Source of the DNA: Callorhinchus milii
Lineage: Eukaryota
Assembly (NCBI RefSeq): GCF_018977255.1
Contig: NW_024704743.1
Coordinates: 84,074,001-84,138,000, forward strand
Direction: 5' to 3'
DNA: 64,000 nt
Shown piece by piece: positions 12,768 to 26,080 of this stretch (position 1 is its first letter; every line of letters starts with the position of its first letter). Under the pieces are notes generated by a model, which saw nothing but the letters and a program-made list of their open reading frames with translations, ran no database searches and was not told the origin of the DNA. The position numbers and the translations under genes were made by a program.

Positions 12768-14586
12768 TGGAGTGGTCCGAAATAGCTTAAAAAACACTTA
12801 TCCGATTCCACTTTGAACAATTCAATTGATCAGTCTCATCTGCAAATTGTGGCAATGAATTTCAAACCCTAACCCCCTGAATGAGGAAATTCATTCAATG
12901 CCCCCCACCCACCGCCATATCTTTCTGATAACAATACTTAGGCTATGTCCCATGTCGCCAATTCCCCAACTAAAGGAAATTAATTTCAGTCTCTGGCATA
13001 TCCTCCTCAATCTCCTCTGATTTGGACAAAAAATTATATAAAATATGAAGGTTTGCAGAGAACAAACACACAGTTTCTTAGAATTGCTTAACACATTTCA
13101 CATTGGTTATGAGCCACCATTTAACTAGCTGCACAAAGTCAAGCAATTTCCCCAAAGCTAAATGTTTGTCTCTCATAGGCTGCTGTGCTTGTTTGCTGGC
13201 AGTTTCACTTGGTTGTCCTTTGTTCTCAGCTATATCATGTGGATCGTTTCTGGTCTTCATAATGAAGAGAGAGCAGAATTCTCTCAGTGACAAAGAGTGG
13301 TGGTCAAAATGTCTAATTTTCTAGTTTCACACGATAGAGAAAACAAGAAAAAAATTCAAAATGGATTGCTCAATTTTCAAAGGTAAGTATTTTAATTAAA
13401 ACCTGTATGCAGAAAAATGAACTCTGGCACTTTGACTTCAATCGATGTGAAATTCAAATAATGAAAAATGCAAGTAAATGACTAATGATCTTGTTGAACA
13501 AAACAGTAGTGGTATGACGTAGCACATAACTGAGCTGGTCATTCATTGTTGTGACCTAGCAATAATATGGGATTCACAATCCAGAAATCGCTGCACTAAA
13601 TGAAATGCCCATTTGTGAACAGCACATTTCAAGCTCCAATGTAATAATCCCTAAAATGCCAAAATGTACCTTTTACTTATCAGCTTCAGGCAAGTGAAGT
13701 AAGCATTGCCTGAAATATAATGGTGTGGGTGAGGGGAATAGAACATGGTCTGGTTGGGCCGAATGACTTGTTTCTGTGCTGTATTATTCCATGTAACTCT
13801 TTGATGTCCACCTGAACACGCAGGTGTTTCTTAACCCATTCATTGTGCCAATTAACAAAAGCAAAGAGTTAAAAGACGGCTGCAAATATATCCTGGTATT
13901 TCCTTTTCCAGCATCAACCAATCCAGCCTAATAATATCAATGGAGAAAAAAAATTTAATTTGGGTGTTTTGTTTTCAATTCATTTTTGTTTGTTGAAATG
14001 GTAGATTTCAGAGGCTCTGAAGAAACAATGATTTCACTCCCGGATCAAACACAACATAATAATAATAATAATAATCTTTGCATTTGATATAGCGCTTTTC
14101 ACATCTTCTGGAGGTCTCAAAGCGCTTCACAGAATAGACTGTAAAGTGAATTGACCGTATATTTGTGGGCGAATGGGGTATATGCAGAATAAAGTTCCCT
14201 CTGCTCCATAATAATAATATTATTATGTCCCTCAACCTCAGAATATCCCTTGCTGCAATGGTATGACGTTTTGAATTTTCCTATTATCCCAAGGATAGCT
14301 TAAGTTAGACTGACAATTCAATGCTTATCACTGCTGTGGTTTTAGTGTGGTGGATTCCTAGCCTAATAGGAACCTGGCTGAAATTGCCCAAACTCATTTC
14401 ACTTAGAATTTTTACATCCATCAGAAGGAGAAGACATTCATCTCATCAGTCTGGAAAAGTACATTGATTTCTTGGGGAGACTTTTACAGACTTGTCAACA
14501 AACATTGTAAAAGGGCAGTTAGATCTATCCAGTCATACACTGGATCCTCTATCCAGTGTCTTAAACTGTTCAGAGTATTTGCAGTA

Positions 14587-15150
14587 CAACAACAACAACA
14601 AGATTCCATTTATAGAGCGCCTTTCACGTCAGGAGGACGTCCCAAGGCTCTGTACAGTTGGGTCAGGACCCGAGCAGGGGGGAAATGGTCAGGGTGAGGG
14701 GAGGGAAGGGAGGGAGCGAGGAGGGGGTAGAGAATCGAAAGGGGAGCTGAAGGCACGGTCAAAGAGAAAGGTCTTGAGACCGGCCTTGAAGGAGGAAAGG
14801 GAGGAGGCAAGGCGAAGGCACTGGGAGATAGAGTTCCAGAGCCTGGGGGCTGAGAGGCTGAAGGCCCGACCACCGATGGTAGGGCGGTTGGGGCGGGGGA
14901 TGTGGAGGAGACTGGAGCCAGAGGAACGGAGGGTACGGGCAGGTAGGTAGGGGGATAGTAGGTCAGAGAGGTAGGAGGGGGCAAGGCCGTGAATGGCCTT
15001 GTAGGTGAGAATGAGGATCTTGAAATCGATCCTCTGGGGGATGGGGAGCCAGTGGAGGCAAGCGAGGGTCGGCGTGATGTGGTCCCGAAGCCTGGTGCAG
15101 GACAGTACATGAGCTGCAGAGTTCTGAATGACCTGCAGCTTGTGGAGGGA
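14587..15150 (-). mobile_element. Young L2 LINE 3' fragment
   Basis: [13 protein letters not shown]...LPSLPSP frame with a (CAA)n tail on the plus strand. AGTACA occurs at both ends (14583-14588, 15150-15155). Confidence 0.95.
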
Positions 15151-15379
15151 GTACATTTTGTATATGTATATTTTGTAAACCTGTGCTGCGCCATCCATCT
15201 GGTATTCTATGATTTCTTTACAGTATGTCTGTACCTCGTTGGTAATGAGGTAGAAGATGAAGTATACATCAGAGAGTTTTTTAAATGAAAGTTACAAGCC
15301 ATACCTCACAACAAATCTGGGCATTTGTCATAATAATATTCCTTGCACTTGATGCAGCACCGTATTGTGTCATTTGCCA

Positions 15380-15810
15380 GCCTTGCGCTTTGGTAGCACT
15401 CTCGCCTCAATCCCCATATTGGGACTTGGAATTGTATATTCTAAGATGACACCCAATGCAGTGCTAGGGGGTGTTGCATTGTCGGAGGTGCCGTCCTTTG
15501 AATGAGACGTAAAGCCAAGGTCCAGTCTGCCTGTTCAGATGGACGTTAAAGATCCCATGGTACTATTCGAAAAGAGAAGACAGTTTCTTCTGGTGTCCTT
15601 GTGAACAATCTCCTGGATAAAATTGGTCACTCACTCCATGGCTGTTGGTGGGACACTGCTGTATGCAACTGACTGCTTCATTTCGCTCCCAAAATACACT
15701 TTACAATATATTTACAGACTTTGCAGACTACACTTTACAGTATATCCTGTGAAGCGCATTTAGATGTCTTGATGAAGTGAAAGGCAAATATGTGAAAGGG
15801 TTATTATTAT
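15380..15810 (+). mobile_element. SINE family B
   Basis: Matches 1213-1655. Confidence 0.85.
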
Positions 15811-16238
15811 TTCAAGGCGCTTCATAAGATACACCGTGAATTGTAGTTCATTGTATGTATTTAGGCGACATGGAATCAAGTTTTTGTTTGTGATCAAATT
15901 GCTGAAATTTTTAATTCTATAATAGATCTTTAGGGGCTGAATTCACCTGTGAATTTCAAGTTTGGGCTCCTTTATGAAGATAGCCCTAACAGTATATTCT
16001 GTGAAGTGCTTTAAGACGTCTGGAAGACGTGAAAAGCGCTATGTCAAATGCAAGGATTGTTATTATTTAGTATTATAAATGGTCCCAAAATAAATATCCT
16101 CAGTAGCACCTGTTCTCCACACTGCAGAGTTTTACCTTCTCCACTTTTAATTCTGTTACCACATTGCTGTATTATGATGTATGCCTTGGAATGCTATCAA
16201 ATACACTTTCATTCTGTGGTTATAGTAATCAATCTGTG

Positions 16239-16294
16239 CCACCAGGTGTCACTGATGTTGTTCCATTGAGTTACACACTAGTGCCATCTAATGG
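16239..16294. promoter_or_regulatory. Pair of CTCF-like motifs in opposite orientation
   Basis: CCACCAGGTGTCAC (plus, 16239-16252) and CCATTAGATGGCAC (minus, 16281-16294). Confidence 0.5.
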
Positions 16295-17555
16295 TAGCTA
16301 TCACATGCTGGGATGCTTTAGTATTAACATTAGCAGATATATGATGAGTGTTTTTAGGTCTCTCAATTGTGTACAGGAATCTTTTTCAAAATGTTTATTT
16401 CATGTTGAGTTTGAGTATTACAACAGTATTTTTTCTGATGATAAATCATTTGTAACTAATTCTCAGCAGCCAGTTTGTAATGTCACATCAAGTCTCTCTT
16501 GTTTTAAAACTTGTGTTGCAAACTGCACAATCTAATTGTGCAAATGCAATGGGTCAATTTGTCACTGGCCATTAAGAAGTTAAACAGGGCAAGGAAACTG
16601 CAGTTTGTGGACAAGTTGGCTGATTGAAAGATGAGACCAAATGTTGAGTTTGTAGAGCTCTCAGCCACCCCTCAGTTTGAAAGGAAGCCTTTTATTGCTA
16701 TTCATTCAGGCACATTTTAACCTTTCCCTTGCATGTTTATTGGTATTTTTCAGGCCTTTATTTACCGAATATTATACCGTGCCTACTGTCCTCTCCTACT
16801 GTCTGCACCAAGTGTGCTATGGCATTGACCACGAGCAGTGTTATAATAGGGGTTGCCAGTCCACAGGCTCAGTTGCTGAGATTTCAGCATGCTTTGGAGC
16901 TTTCAGAATTGAAATGAGATGTGACAAACAAATGGAGTCACTTATTCAAATGAAATGCCATTTTGCTCGGAGCACGTATGTCATTTTAAAATGACTAAAC
17001 ACTGTATCTAACAATGATTCTTCTCTCTTCATTTTATGACTGGGTAACAACACCCCTCCCCTCCTCTGAGCCTAGTTACAGGCAACAAAGGATTTAAGTT
17101 ACAATTTAGAGGTCAGAAACCTATTAACATTTTGTACACATGCCTGATTTTATATGTAGATTGCTAATTGCATTCTCCTTTTAATAACTTGGGTTCCAAA
17201 TAGCAGGATTCCGGATATAATATGGTGGATCTTCGCTATAAAACTGTACCTGGAAACTATACAAGAAACCTGCTGTAGAATGAGGATATGTTATGGAGAA
17301 GGTTAAATGTTACATTTCGCCCACAAAATATACAATCAATTCACTTTACAGTATATTCTGTGAAGTGCTTTGAGACGTCTTGAAGACCTGATAAGGAGGT
17401 ATATCAAATGCAAGGATTATTATTATTTTTTATAAGGTGTCTGTATGGTTTCTCTATTACTGAGACAGCTATAAGCAATGTATGTTACATGAAGGGTCAT
17501 CATGGCAGACTGCTTGTGAAAGGCTGCTGTGATTACTCAAAGCTTGACTCTCTCA

Positions 17556-17573
17556 GACACTAGATGGCAATAT
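17556..17573 (+). promoter_or_regulatory. CTCF-like motif
   Basis: GACACTAGATGGCAATAT. Confidence 0.45.
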
Positions 17574-18429
17574 TGCCTCCTAAGAGTTGGGATGAAAGAC
17601 AGCTTTGTAAAAGTTACCCATTTGATAATGGTGGTCAGATTTCTGTTTATTTTTAAACTTAATTAACTGCTTTTAAAGGTTAAATTGTCCTCTTTACATT
17701 AATTCATCTGGTCTGAATGTGATCCTGAGAATGGAAGAAACATGACTACTTAAGACATCCATGTCTTTCCATATGTTCTTCCAATTATGCAGCTTGAGTA
17801 TTTAATCTATTGAAACCTATTGCACAAATGAACCAGAGTCAAATCAACATTATGCAAAATGTTCGGTGGGCCGGTGTCACCTGCTGTTGCTCTACAGATT
17901 TAGAGCTTCAGGTTGTTTCACTGAAAGGGCAATTTAAACTGACCACTGCAGTGTTTCTGAATTCAAATATTAGATGGGGAGCAGAACTGGAGGATGCCAG
18001 GTCGAGCAGGATGATTACAATTTAGCTGAACAAAATGTTTAATTCTGTCCCTGCAACAGGATTTGTTATTGCTATGAATGCTTTGTTCAAAGTTGTAATT
18101 GTGTATTATAGTTAATGTTTCAAGAGTTCACTTGAAGTGAGATTTATCGCTATATCTTGAAATGAGTTTGCGTTTGAGGTGTTTTGAAATGTTTCCAGCA
18201 CTTCAGTCTTCCTGCTTGGTTCTATCTGGCTCTGCAAGCTGCTGTTAACCATAAGATTATCTATCATATTGAAAGTTTTACCTTAATTCATGACTTCCTT
18301 ACTGTGTTTGGCATAGCTGCTCCATTGGTCGCCCTGTTGCCTGTGTTATATACCTTACTACAACACTTTGGTGACTCATTGGTCATTTCCACAAGTAAGC
18401 TTAGTGCTCCTCACTTCTAAATTAGTTAA

Positions 18430-18830
18430 CAATTTATTGTCTTCCACTTACGTGTTCTTAGGCATCTCATTGCTGCTGGTTGGAAAATTTATTTCCCCAT
18501 TATAATTGCATGCTGACAAGTTGGGTAATTTTACTCAGCAAAAAACTTTAATCCCTAGTTTCCCTTGAAAGCATTCTGAACTGTAATTAATGATTCATTT
18601 TCCATCACATCAGGGTATCTCTCAGGTACCTTGTTCTCTATCTCCCATGCTTTTTTGATAATATCAATGATCTCTTCTACTGCTTATCCTATTCTGTTCA
18701 GTCTTTAGCTGATGATTCCACTTACATTCATTAACTTGCTTCAAATCACATGTTCTAAATGTGCAAAACCTTCATTCGTCTTGCTGTGCAATGGCAAATC
18801 ACTAAATCTTGATGTTCCCGCTGCCCTTTG
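18430..18830 (+). pseudogene. Very old non-LTR RT relic
   Basis: Frameshifted remnants of SGVPQG, INDL (ATCAATGATCTC) and ADDST (GCTGATGATTCCACT) in the expected order. Confidence 0.5.
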
Positions 18831-21054
18831 ATGTGAACAATGCAATAATCTCCATTTTAACTCTTTAAATGCATAATTTCTTCACGTATCTTCTGCAAAT
18901 CAACCAGCTACTGCTGTCTCTTGTCTTTGACTTGTTTCATTCTTACTCTTCATTTACTGAATATCTGGATCTAGTACCTCATCTTAAATGGAAGCCATTC
19001 AACACATACCCAGCCTATGGGGCATATGTACAGTATGCAGGAAGTAACATCAGCAAAACGTCAGCAGCACTTCTTACACATAATGATGTCAGCACATTAA
19101 TCTAATCATAAAAAAATTCTTACATTTGATACAGAACCTTTCATGCTGGGGGACATCTTAAATTGCTTTACAGGACTGTGTATTTTATAGGCAAACACGA
19201 CAGCCAATTTTGTGCACAGTAATGTCCCATAAACAGCCATGAAGCGAATGACCCGTTTTATCTGGGGGTTGTTGGTTAGAAAACTGGAAGAAACTCCCTT
19301 CTTTCAAATAGTGCCATGGAATCTTTAAAGTCTGTGCGTTAGTATGAGAAGGGACTGATGAGTGTGTGTGCTTGTTTTTTTGTAGCATATGTGGCAGCTT
19401 AATAAATATGAAAAGTACCACTTGATTTGTTTCATGATCAGCATGATACATTCTATTTTCAGTAAACTGTTAATATCAAAGCCAGACTTCCTGAAATCAT
19501 AAGCATAGTTAGTAAATTTCCAATTTCCCTGAAGTGCAGTTAAAGCGAAAAGCCACAGCGCAATTCTTTTTTTCTATATCTATACATTTCAGCAATCACA
19601 CAGAGTGGGGCTCATTTAATGCTCATCCTTTTTTATCCTTCGCTGCCTGAGATTTTGTTGTCCCTCTCGCTTGTAGCAGTCTCATCTGAGATAGACAGTG
19701 AATAACTGAACCATAGAGGAGCAATTCCTGTGACCAGGAGCTCAGTCGAGCAGTTCTAAAAGAACATCTCACTTGAAAACAATTTAAAGTAATCAAGGTG
19801 ATGGAGGCCAGCCAGTGACATGGCAGAGTGTTTGACTTCCAACCAGAAGACACAACTTTCAATCCCACGGACTGTATGCCTTTTTATTTCAATGGTCTCA
19901 GTTGAGTGATATTTCTCTTCATTAGTCTGTTTGTAGATATCAATGACATTTCAAAAATGTTTCAACACTCAGTGTATACTGAGCTTAGTATGAAGTAATT
20001 ATGTGGAAAACAAGATGACAAGAATTTATCAGCATTTTCAGCTTGAAATGTCTGTTCAGACTTAATTTCCACATAAACAGACATCACATTTTTTCGGCAT
20101 TTAATCATTGTTACTCGGGTCTACTATTTTATTGACTAAATGCCAGCTGAAATTAAAGTTTTATGACCAATTGAGTACCACTGTCTAGACTATTGCATCA
20201 CAAATTTGGTAGGAGGAGTGGGAGTTGTCTGCAACTTGCCCCATTCTATGTCAATGGAGAAAATTCCATGCTTTGATTGTAAAATACTAAAACAAACTAC
20301 ACATACAAGAAATTAGATTAATGAGATTACATGGGAATGGTTCAGATGAAGAAAGCTCTTCAGCTAATTTGAAAGCACAGGGAGAAGTAAGGAGACGAGT
20401 AATGTTGAAAAAGAATTTCAAGGGACATGAGGATGATGGATGAAGGCCTGGCCACTGGTGGTAAACAATGACACTGGGAAGGATTCAGAAAAAGGAAGGG
20501 AATAACCGGATGAATAGGGCTGGAGGACATTGCACAGGTCAGTGGGACCATACCATGGAAGGATTCCAAAACCAGAGTGAGGACCTTTAAGTTGATTAAT
20601 TGAAATACTTGGAGCTGATCAAAATTCAACCCTCAAGGTGAAAAATGCATGGATACAAGTTTCAGCACAAGTGGGCGATAGGTAAGGGCATACACAGTAG
20701 TAATAATAATACATACATTTGGTATAGTGCCTTTCACATTGGGGGGATATCTCAAAATGCTTCACAAGGTATGCTGTAAAGTGGAGTGACTGTATATTTT
20801 GTAGGTGAGCAATGTTCCTGAATTGAAAGAGGTTAGTCTTGCCAACTTCATCCCCAATAGTGCAAAAGTGAAATCTTTGGATCTTAAGTTGATTTAGAAA
20901 GCAAATCTTTGAAGTTCAGTTCAATTTTGTTTGTACTTTTCTCCCTTAATGTTTGCGTATTAACTCTAATCCCACTAAAACAGTCCAATTTTGCAATACT
21001 TGGTTTCATTGCATGCTTTTGCTGTTTCATAAGAAAGCAGCAGTAGGACAACGT

Positions 21055-21372
21055 GGAGTCCTGTAGCTCAGTGGTTAGAGCACTCGCTTTGCAAGCGAGA
21101 GACCTGAGTTCAATTCCAGGCAGGGCGAAACCTTGGGCAAGTTTCCTTACTCCACACACCTTATAATAATCCCTCCAAAACCAAAAACAATAATAAATTG
21201 GTCATTTTCAATCTATGACTGTTTGTGGGACATTGCTGTGCGCAATTGGCTGCCGCGTTCGCCCACAAATATACAGTCAATTCACTTTACAGTGTGTTCT
21301 GTGAAGCGCTTTGGGACGTCCTCTCGACGTGAAAAGCGCTATATCAAATGCAAGGATTATTATTATTATTAT
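21055..21372 (+). mobile_element. tRNA-derived SINE family A, short form, full length
   Basis: A box TAGCTCAGTGG, B box GTTCAATTCC, TGC anticodon-like arm, L2-like 3' stem-loop and (TTA)n tail. Confidence 0.95.
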
Positions 21373-21639
21373 AATGTGAAAATGGGGTTAATAATTCACA
21401 TTTCATAACAGATTTGATGCGATAATCACCATTTGAGAAGCATCAAGAATGTCAGGCAGTATATATTGACTGATTTTATGCTGTAACCCCAGCCCCGGCT
21501 GACATCAGCACAATGGTTGTACCATCACTTGTTTCAATCATTGTCCCCATGAAGATAACAGTCAAAAGCCACAAAGATTCTGTAACTTTCACCCCTTTGT
21601 TGTGTGAAAAAGGTTATTGCTCTCCTGGAGCATACCAGG

Positions 21640-22085
21640 TGTCAGCCTATGTCAATTGGTAGCACTCTTGCTTCTAACCCGAAAGTTGTGGGTCAAACTC
21701 CACACTGAGACTTTGAACCAGTATTCGATACTAGCACACAAATGTCATATTGGGTGTGCCCTGTGTGGTTGGAGATGCCAACCTTTGGATGAGATATTAA
21801 ACCTAGGTCCTGTCTGCCTGTTCAAGTGGATGTTAAAGATCTCATGGCACTATTCACAAAGAGAAGGGAATTTATTTCTATGACCTGGCCAACAATCCCC
21901 TAGATAAAATTAATCATTCACTTTGTGGCTTTTTGTGGGACATTGCTGTTGCAAAATTGGCTGCCTTATTGCCACACAATATACACAGTCACTATATTTT
22001 ACAGTGAATTCTGTGAAGTGCTTTGAGACATCCTCTGACATAAAAGCTACTGTATGATGTATGAGGATTAATATTATTATTATTT
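21640..22085 (+). mobile_element. SINE family B
   Basis: Matches 1213-1655. Confidence 0.82.
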
Positions 22086-23099
22086 ATTTTAAACACCCAG
22101 CTAATAACAGTATCAAGCTTGCTTTTGATATTTTGAAACACCACAGGATTATTAAGCCATCTGTACTTTAACCTAGTTAGAGCTAATTACTTACAAAATA
22201 AAGTCAGGAACTTAAATGCATTCATAAGGACACCCAGAACGCAGAATGACATAAGAGTGTCCAGCACAGAAACAGCCATTGAGTCAAACTAGGCCGTGAT
22301 AGTGCTTATACTCCACATTAATCTCTACCCCTCCTGATCTGCTCTTCCATACCCTTTTCTTCCCTTCTTTCTAATTTATATGCAGTATCGGGTAAGCATA
22401 ATGTGGTAATATAGGTTCAGAAGATGAGGATATGTTGCATTCTTTAAGGATGCAAGGATTATTATTAATAATTATTAATAATAATTATATTCATGTCTTA
22501 CTGGACCATAAATTACACCCATGTCTCAGGGAAAACAGCAACTTGTTGTGAGTCAATGGATGTAGATTACAAAGCGTAGAAAACATTTCTCCAAAAGCTT
22601 CTTTTGAGTGCTAGCCAACAAACAGAATGAAGTTGGCTCCGCTCTCCTCTGAAAGAGCCTGTCATTTTGCTCCGCACTAATCCCATGAGCTGTATGAGTT
22701 GTTTGACAGGAGTCCCTTGCCAGCTGGTTTCATGTCACAATCTTTTACTTTTTCCCCTTCATTTATTCCAGTATGAGAAATGACAGTCGATCTATTTTGA
22801 AGTTCACGTTTATATTTTCACATCTACAGCTGACAGATGGCCATCAGCTGAAATGTCTGTAGAAGATGGATGAAAGACTGGCAAGTCTGCCTTTAAACTG
22901 GAAACTTTGTTTTAAGGAAAGTGTATTTTATTTCAGTGATATTTTTGAGGGGAAAGGAGGAATAAAACTCAACCCGTTCATAGAACAGTGAGAGGAATTT
23001 TCTCTCGCAGATTTACAGTCTGTGGATTGTAAACGTGTATACCGTTTTAAATGAAAAAATTAAACCCAGACCAATATTTTAAGATTCATCAGGACAGTA

Positions 23100-23440
23100 A
23101 AACAAGAAGACATCAGTTTAGAGTTGGCAATTCCAGGACAGACACCAGGAAGTATTTCTTTACCCAGAGGTTGATTAACCACTGGAATAGATAGGTTGAG
23201 GCCAGGACCTGGACTCGTTTAAAATAAAACAACTTGATGTTATGATGGTAAGGTATTGGGGGAGGGGTATTCTGGAGGGATGAGAAAAGTAGAGTTCAAT
23301 GTAGAAACATGTGAAGTGATATGTTGTAGGAGAAACAATAGTGGAGCGGAATTATACCCAGGGTGATAGAGTTCTCAATGAAATGGTGCAACAAGGATGG
23401 GCTGAAGGGCCTTCGTATAAATCAATCTTGTGATCTTAAG
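23100..23440 (+). mobile_element. CR1-clade 3' end
   Basis: FFTQRLINHWN-like coding remnant and GGATGGGCTGAAGGGCCTT..TCTTGTGATCTT terminus. Confidence 0.75.
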
Positions 23441-23689
23441 TATAAATAGTCTTCTACCATACTATTAATCAAAACTGTGACAGGTTGTATTCATTTTTTC
23501 GTTGTTAGTATTACTCTGCTAAGGGCACCATTGATATTTGATAAAGTATCTTGCAAAAGGCTTTTCAGGTGTGTGCAGTGATGTGATTGATGAAATATTG
23601 TCGCCTTCTGCCTGACGTTGCTGAATCGCTCACACATTTTCATTGAAAAACCAAACGTTGTGCAGCATTCAGTGTCTGGAGAAACAAGT

Positions 23690-24545
23690 TGTTCAACATG
23701 TTAACAGTGATGAAGAGTGCAGGAAGCTACAGGCAGATATTGACAGGTTGGCAGAGTGGGCAGGTTTGTGAAAAATGGAGTTCAATATAGAAACATGTGA
23801 AGTGATGTGTTGTAGGAGAAACAATAGTGGAGTGGAATTATACCCAGGGCGATACAGTCCTCGATGGAATGGTGCAACAAGTATCTTGGGGAACAAATAC
23901 GTAGTTTGTTACAAGTCGGATCACAGGTAGAGAAGGTCATTAAAAGGACAAACCAGATCCTGAGTTTTACATGTGGAACCATTGAATCCCGAAGTAAGGA
24001 ATGAGGATGAATCTGTAAAATATATTGATTGTGCTTAAAGTGGAATACTGGGTGTCAGATTATAGAAAGGATGTTATTCCTGTGGAGAGAGGCTACAACA
24101 ACGATTCACAAGGATGGAACTAAAAAGGTTTGAGAAGGGACAAGAGAGGTTGGGAATCTTCCCATTGGAGCAGCGATGGTTGAGGGGTGATATCGTGGAA
24201 ACGTTTAAGAAATCAAAGAGTTGAGAAAATTAACCGTGAAAAACTCTTTCCGCTGATAAAGGATTCAAGGATATCGGGCACAAATTCAAGATTGTCACTA
24301 GGGGAGTAAAGGAAGATGTTTGGAGGAGGGTTTTCATGGTATGCAATTATTTACTAGGGTGGCTATTAGTGGAGAGTTCTTTGGGGAATTAAAAACAAAG
24401 AATTGGACAAGCGCATCTAGAGAAAGGGTGTTAAAGGATACAGTGAAATTATAGGGTATTGAAGAGCATCTTGAAGAAGCAAACACTGAACCAAATAAAT
24501 GGGCTGAATGGCCTCCAACCTGTTGTACATTTCTATGGTTCTATA
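23690..24545 (+). mobile_element. CR1-clade LINE 3' portion, degenerate
   Basis: SDEECRKLQADIDRLAEWA, EFNIETCEV, and the 3' motif ATGGGCTGAATGGCCT..TTCTATGGTTCTAT. Confidence 0.85.
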
Positions 24546-25692
24546 TTGCAGTTAGACTTTTGGAGTGAGCTTTTTCTTGTTACTTCCAAGAGAAAGCAGA
24601 ATGGGTGAAGGAGGTGGCAAGTTGCAGAAGGTTCTATGAGTTGACCAATCAACTGGTAATGTAGACAGCCAGAAACCAGAAACTCAACAGCAAGAACTTG
24701 CATTTATATAGCGCCCTTCACACGGGCAGCGTCCCAGAGTTCTTAGCTCTGGTGTGGTGCATAAAGCAACGTCACCGCAATGAATAAGTGCAACACATCC
24801 GCTATCTGGAAGACAACTGGTGTGAAATTCCAGTCCCTGTTGTGTGTTGCTCGTGAACAATTATAATGGGGAAATCCCATTAGCAGCTGAAATCGACAAA
24901 ATCGCAAAATGTAACAGAGCACAGTTTCAGTGTAAATGTGAAGAGACTTACCATACCTTGTTGCAGGTACAGAGTGGATGGAGCATTACAATTCCGATAG
25001 CTAAATAGCTGTCAAAAACTTGCAGATATCTTTGGCAGTGTGTTGATCTGAGGATGGTGAGCAGACCATTGCACCCCCAAATTCCACCCAGGACGTAACT
25101 GCCTCTCTTAACTGTGCTTCTGGTCTTGATATGGAAGCTTCAGGTTATTGTTTGAAGAAAGTAATTCAAGCAGAAATTGAATCTGTCTCCAGACATTTTC
25201 AGACCTGTTTTACAAAGGGAGGTGTTATACTGCTTTATCCTCTCTTCTTGGTTCTTGGCTGAGTGAAGAGTGAAGATGCAGCCTTAACCAGAGATGTTTG
25301 GTCATACTTCCTTGTGGCATGTGTGGTAGTGGAGGTAGCGCACCCTCAAAATATTTAGTATGCAGATTTAGAGGAACACATTTTTAATGTTTATACTTAA
25401 TATTAAATGCATCAAATGTACTCACAGATATTTTGTCATCAGGTGTCTAGTGTGCACAGAAAGCTGTTGCCATGCTTAAGAATATCATGACTTTTGACTG
25501 CTGGTATGTATGGTACCTATTTTACTGAAGGTGTGGGGTGGGGCTGGTGGGGGAGAGAAAAGCTGGTATTCTGCTGAGAAGCAGTCAAAGCCACAAACTA
25601 TGTGCGGAAAGTTTAATGCTATAGGCTTGGATGTCACCATTGAGAAATTATTAGTGACGGGAGGTTATCTAATTCCAGCATTGTTAAGCTAA

Positions 25693-26080
25693 TCTTCAAA
25701 ACCCTCCATGGCCCCTCTCTCCACCCTACCTCTGCAACCTCCTAACCCCCAACCAACCTGCCCACTTTCTCCACTCAGCGGGCTCTGGCCTGCTTCACGT
25801 CCCCCACCTCGCTTGCCCCATCATTGGCGGGCAGGTCTTCAGCCACTCTGCCCCCATCCTCTGAAACTCCATCCCGCAGTCCCTCCGCCTCGCCCCCTCC
25901 CTTGCCTCCTTAAATACCCATCTCAAAACCTGCCACTTGGATCATCCTTTTGATCACTCTCCTTCCGCACCTGCCCTCCACCCTCCCTAATCCCGACCCC
26001 CAGCTTGGGTCCGAAACATTGACTGTCCAGCGTCTTGGGACGTCCTCCCGACATGAAAGTGTAATTTTGTTGTTGTTGTT
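25693..26080 (+). mobile_element. Older L2 3' fragment
   Basis: Similar to 49450-49850. Ends GGGACGTCCTCCCGACATGAAAG followed by (TTG)n. Confidence 0.88.

Noticed and set aside
21055..21130. tRNA-Ala(TGC)-like gene
   Set aside because: There is no proper acceptor stem, and it is always fused to the same SINE body in many copies, so it is a SINE head.
23586..23628. TGATGA...CTGA with a short terminal stem (C/D snoRNA-like)
   Set aside because: It is only about 45 nt, too short, with no recognisable guide or host gene.
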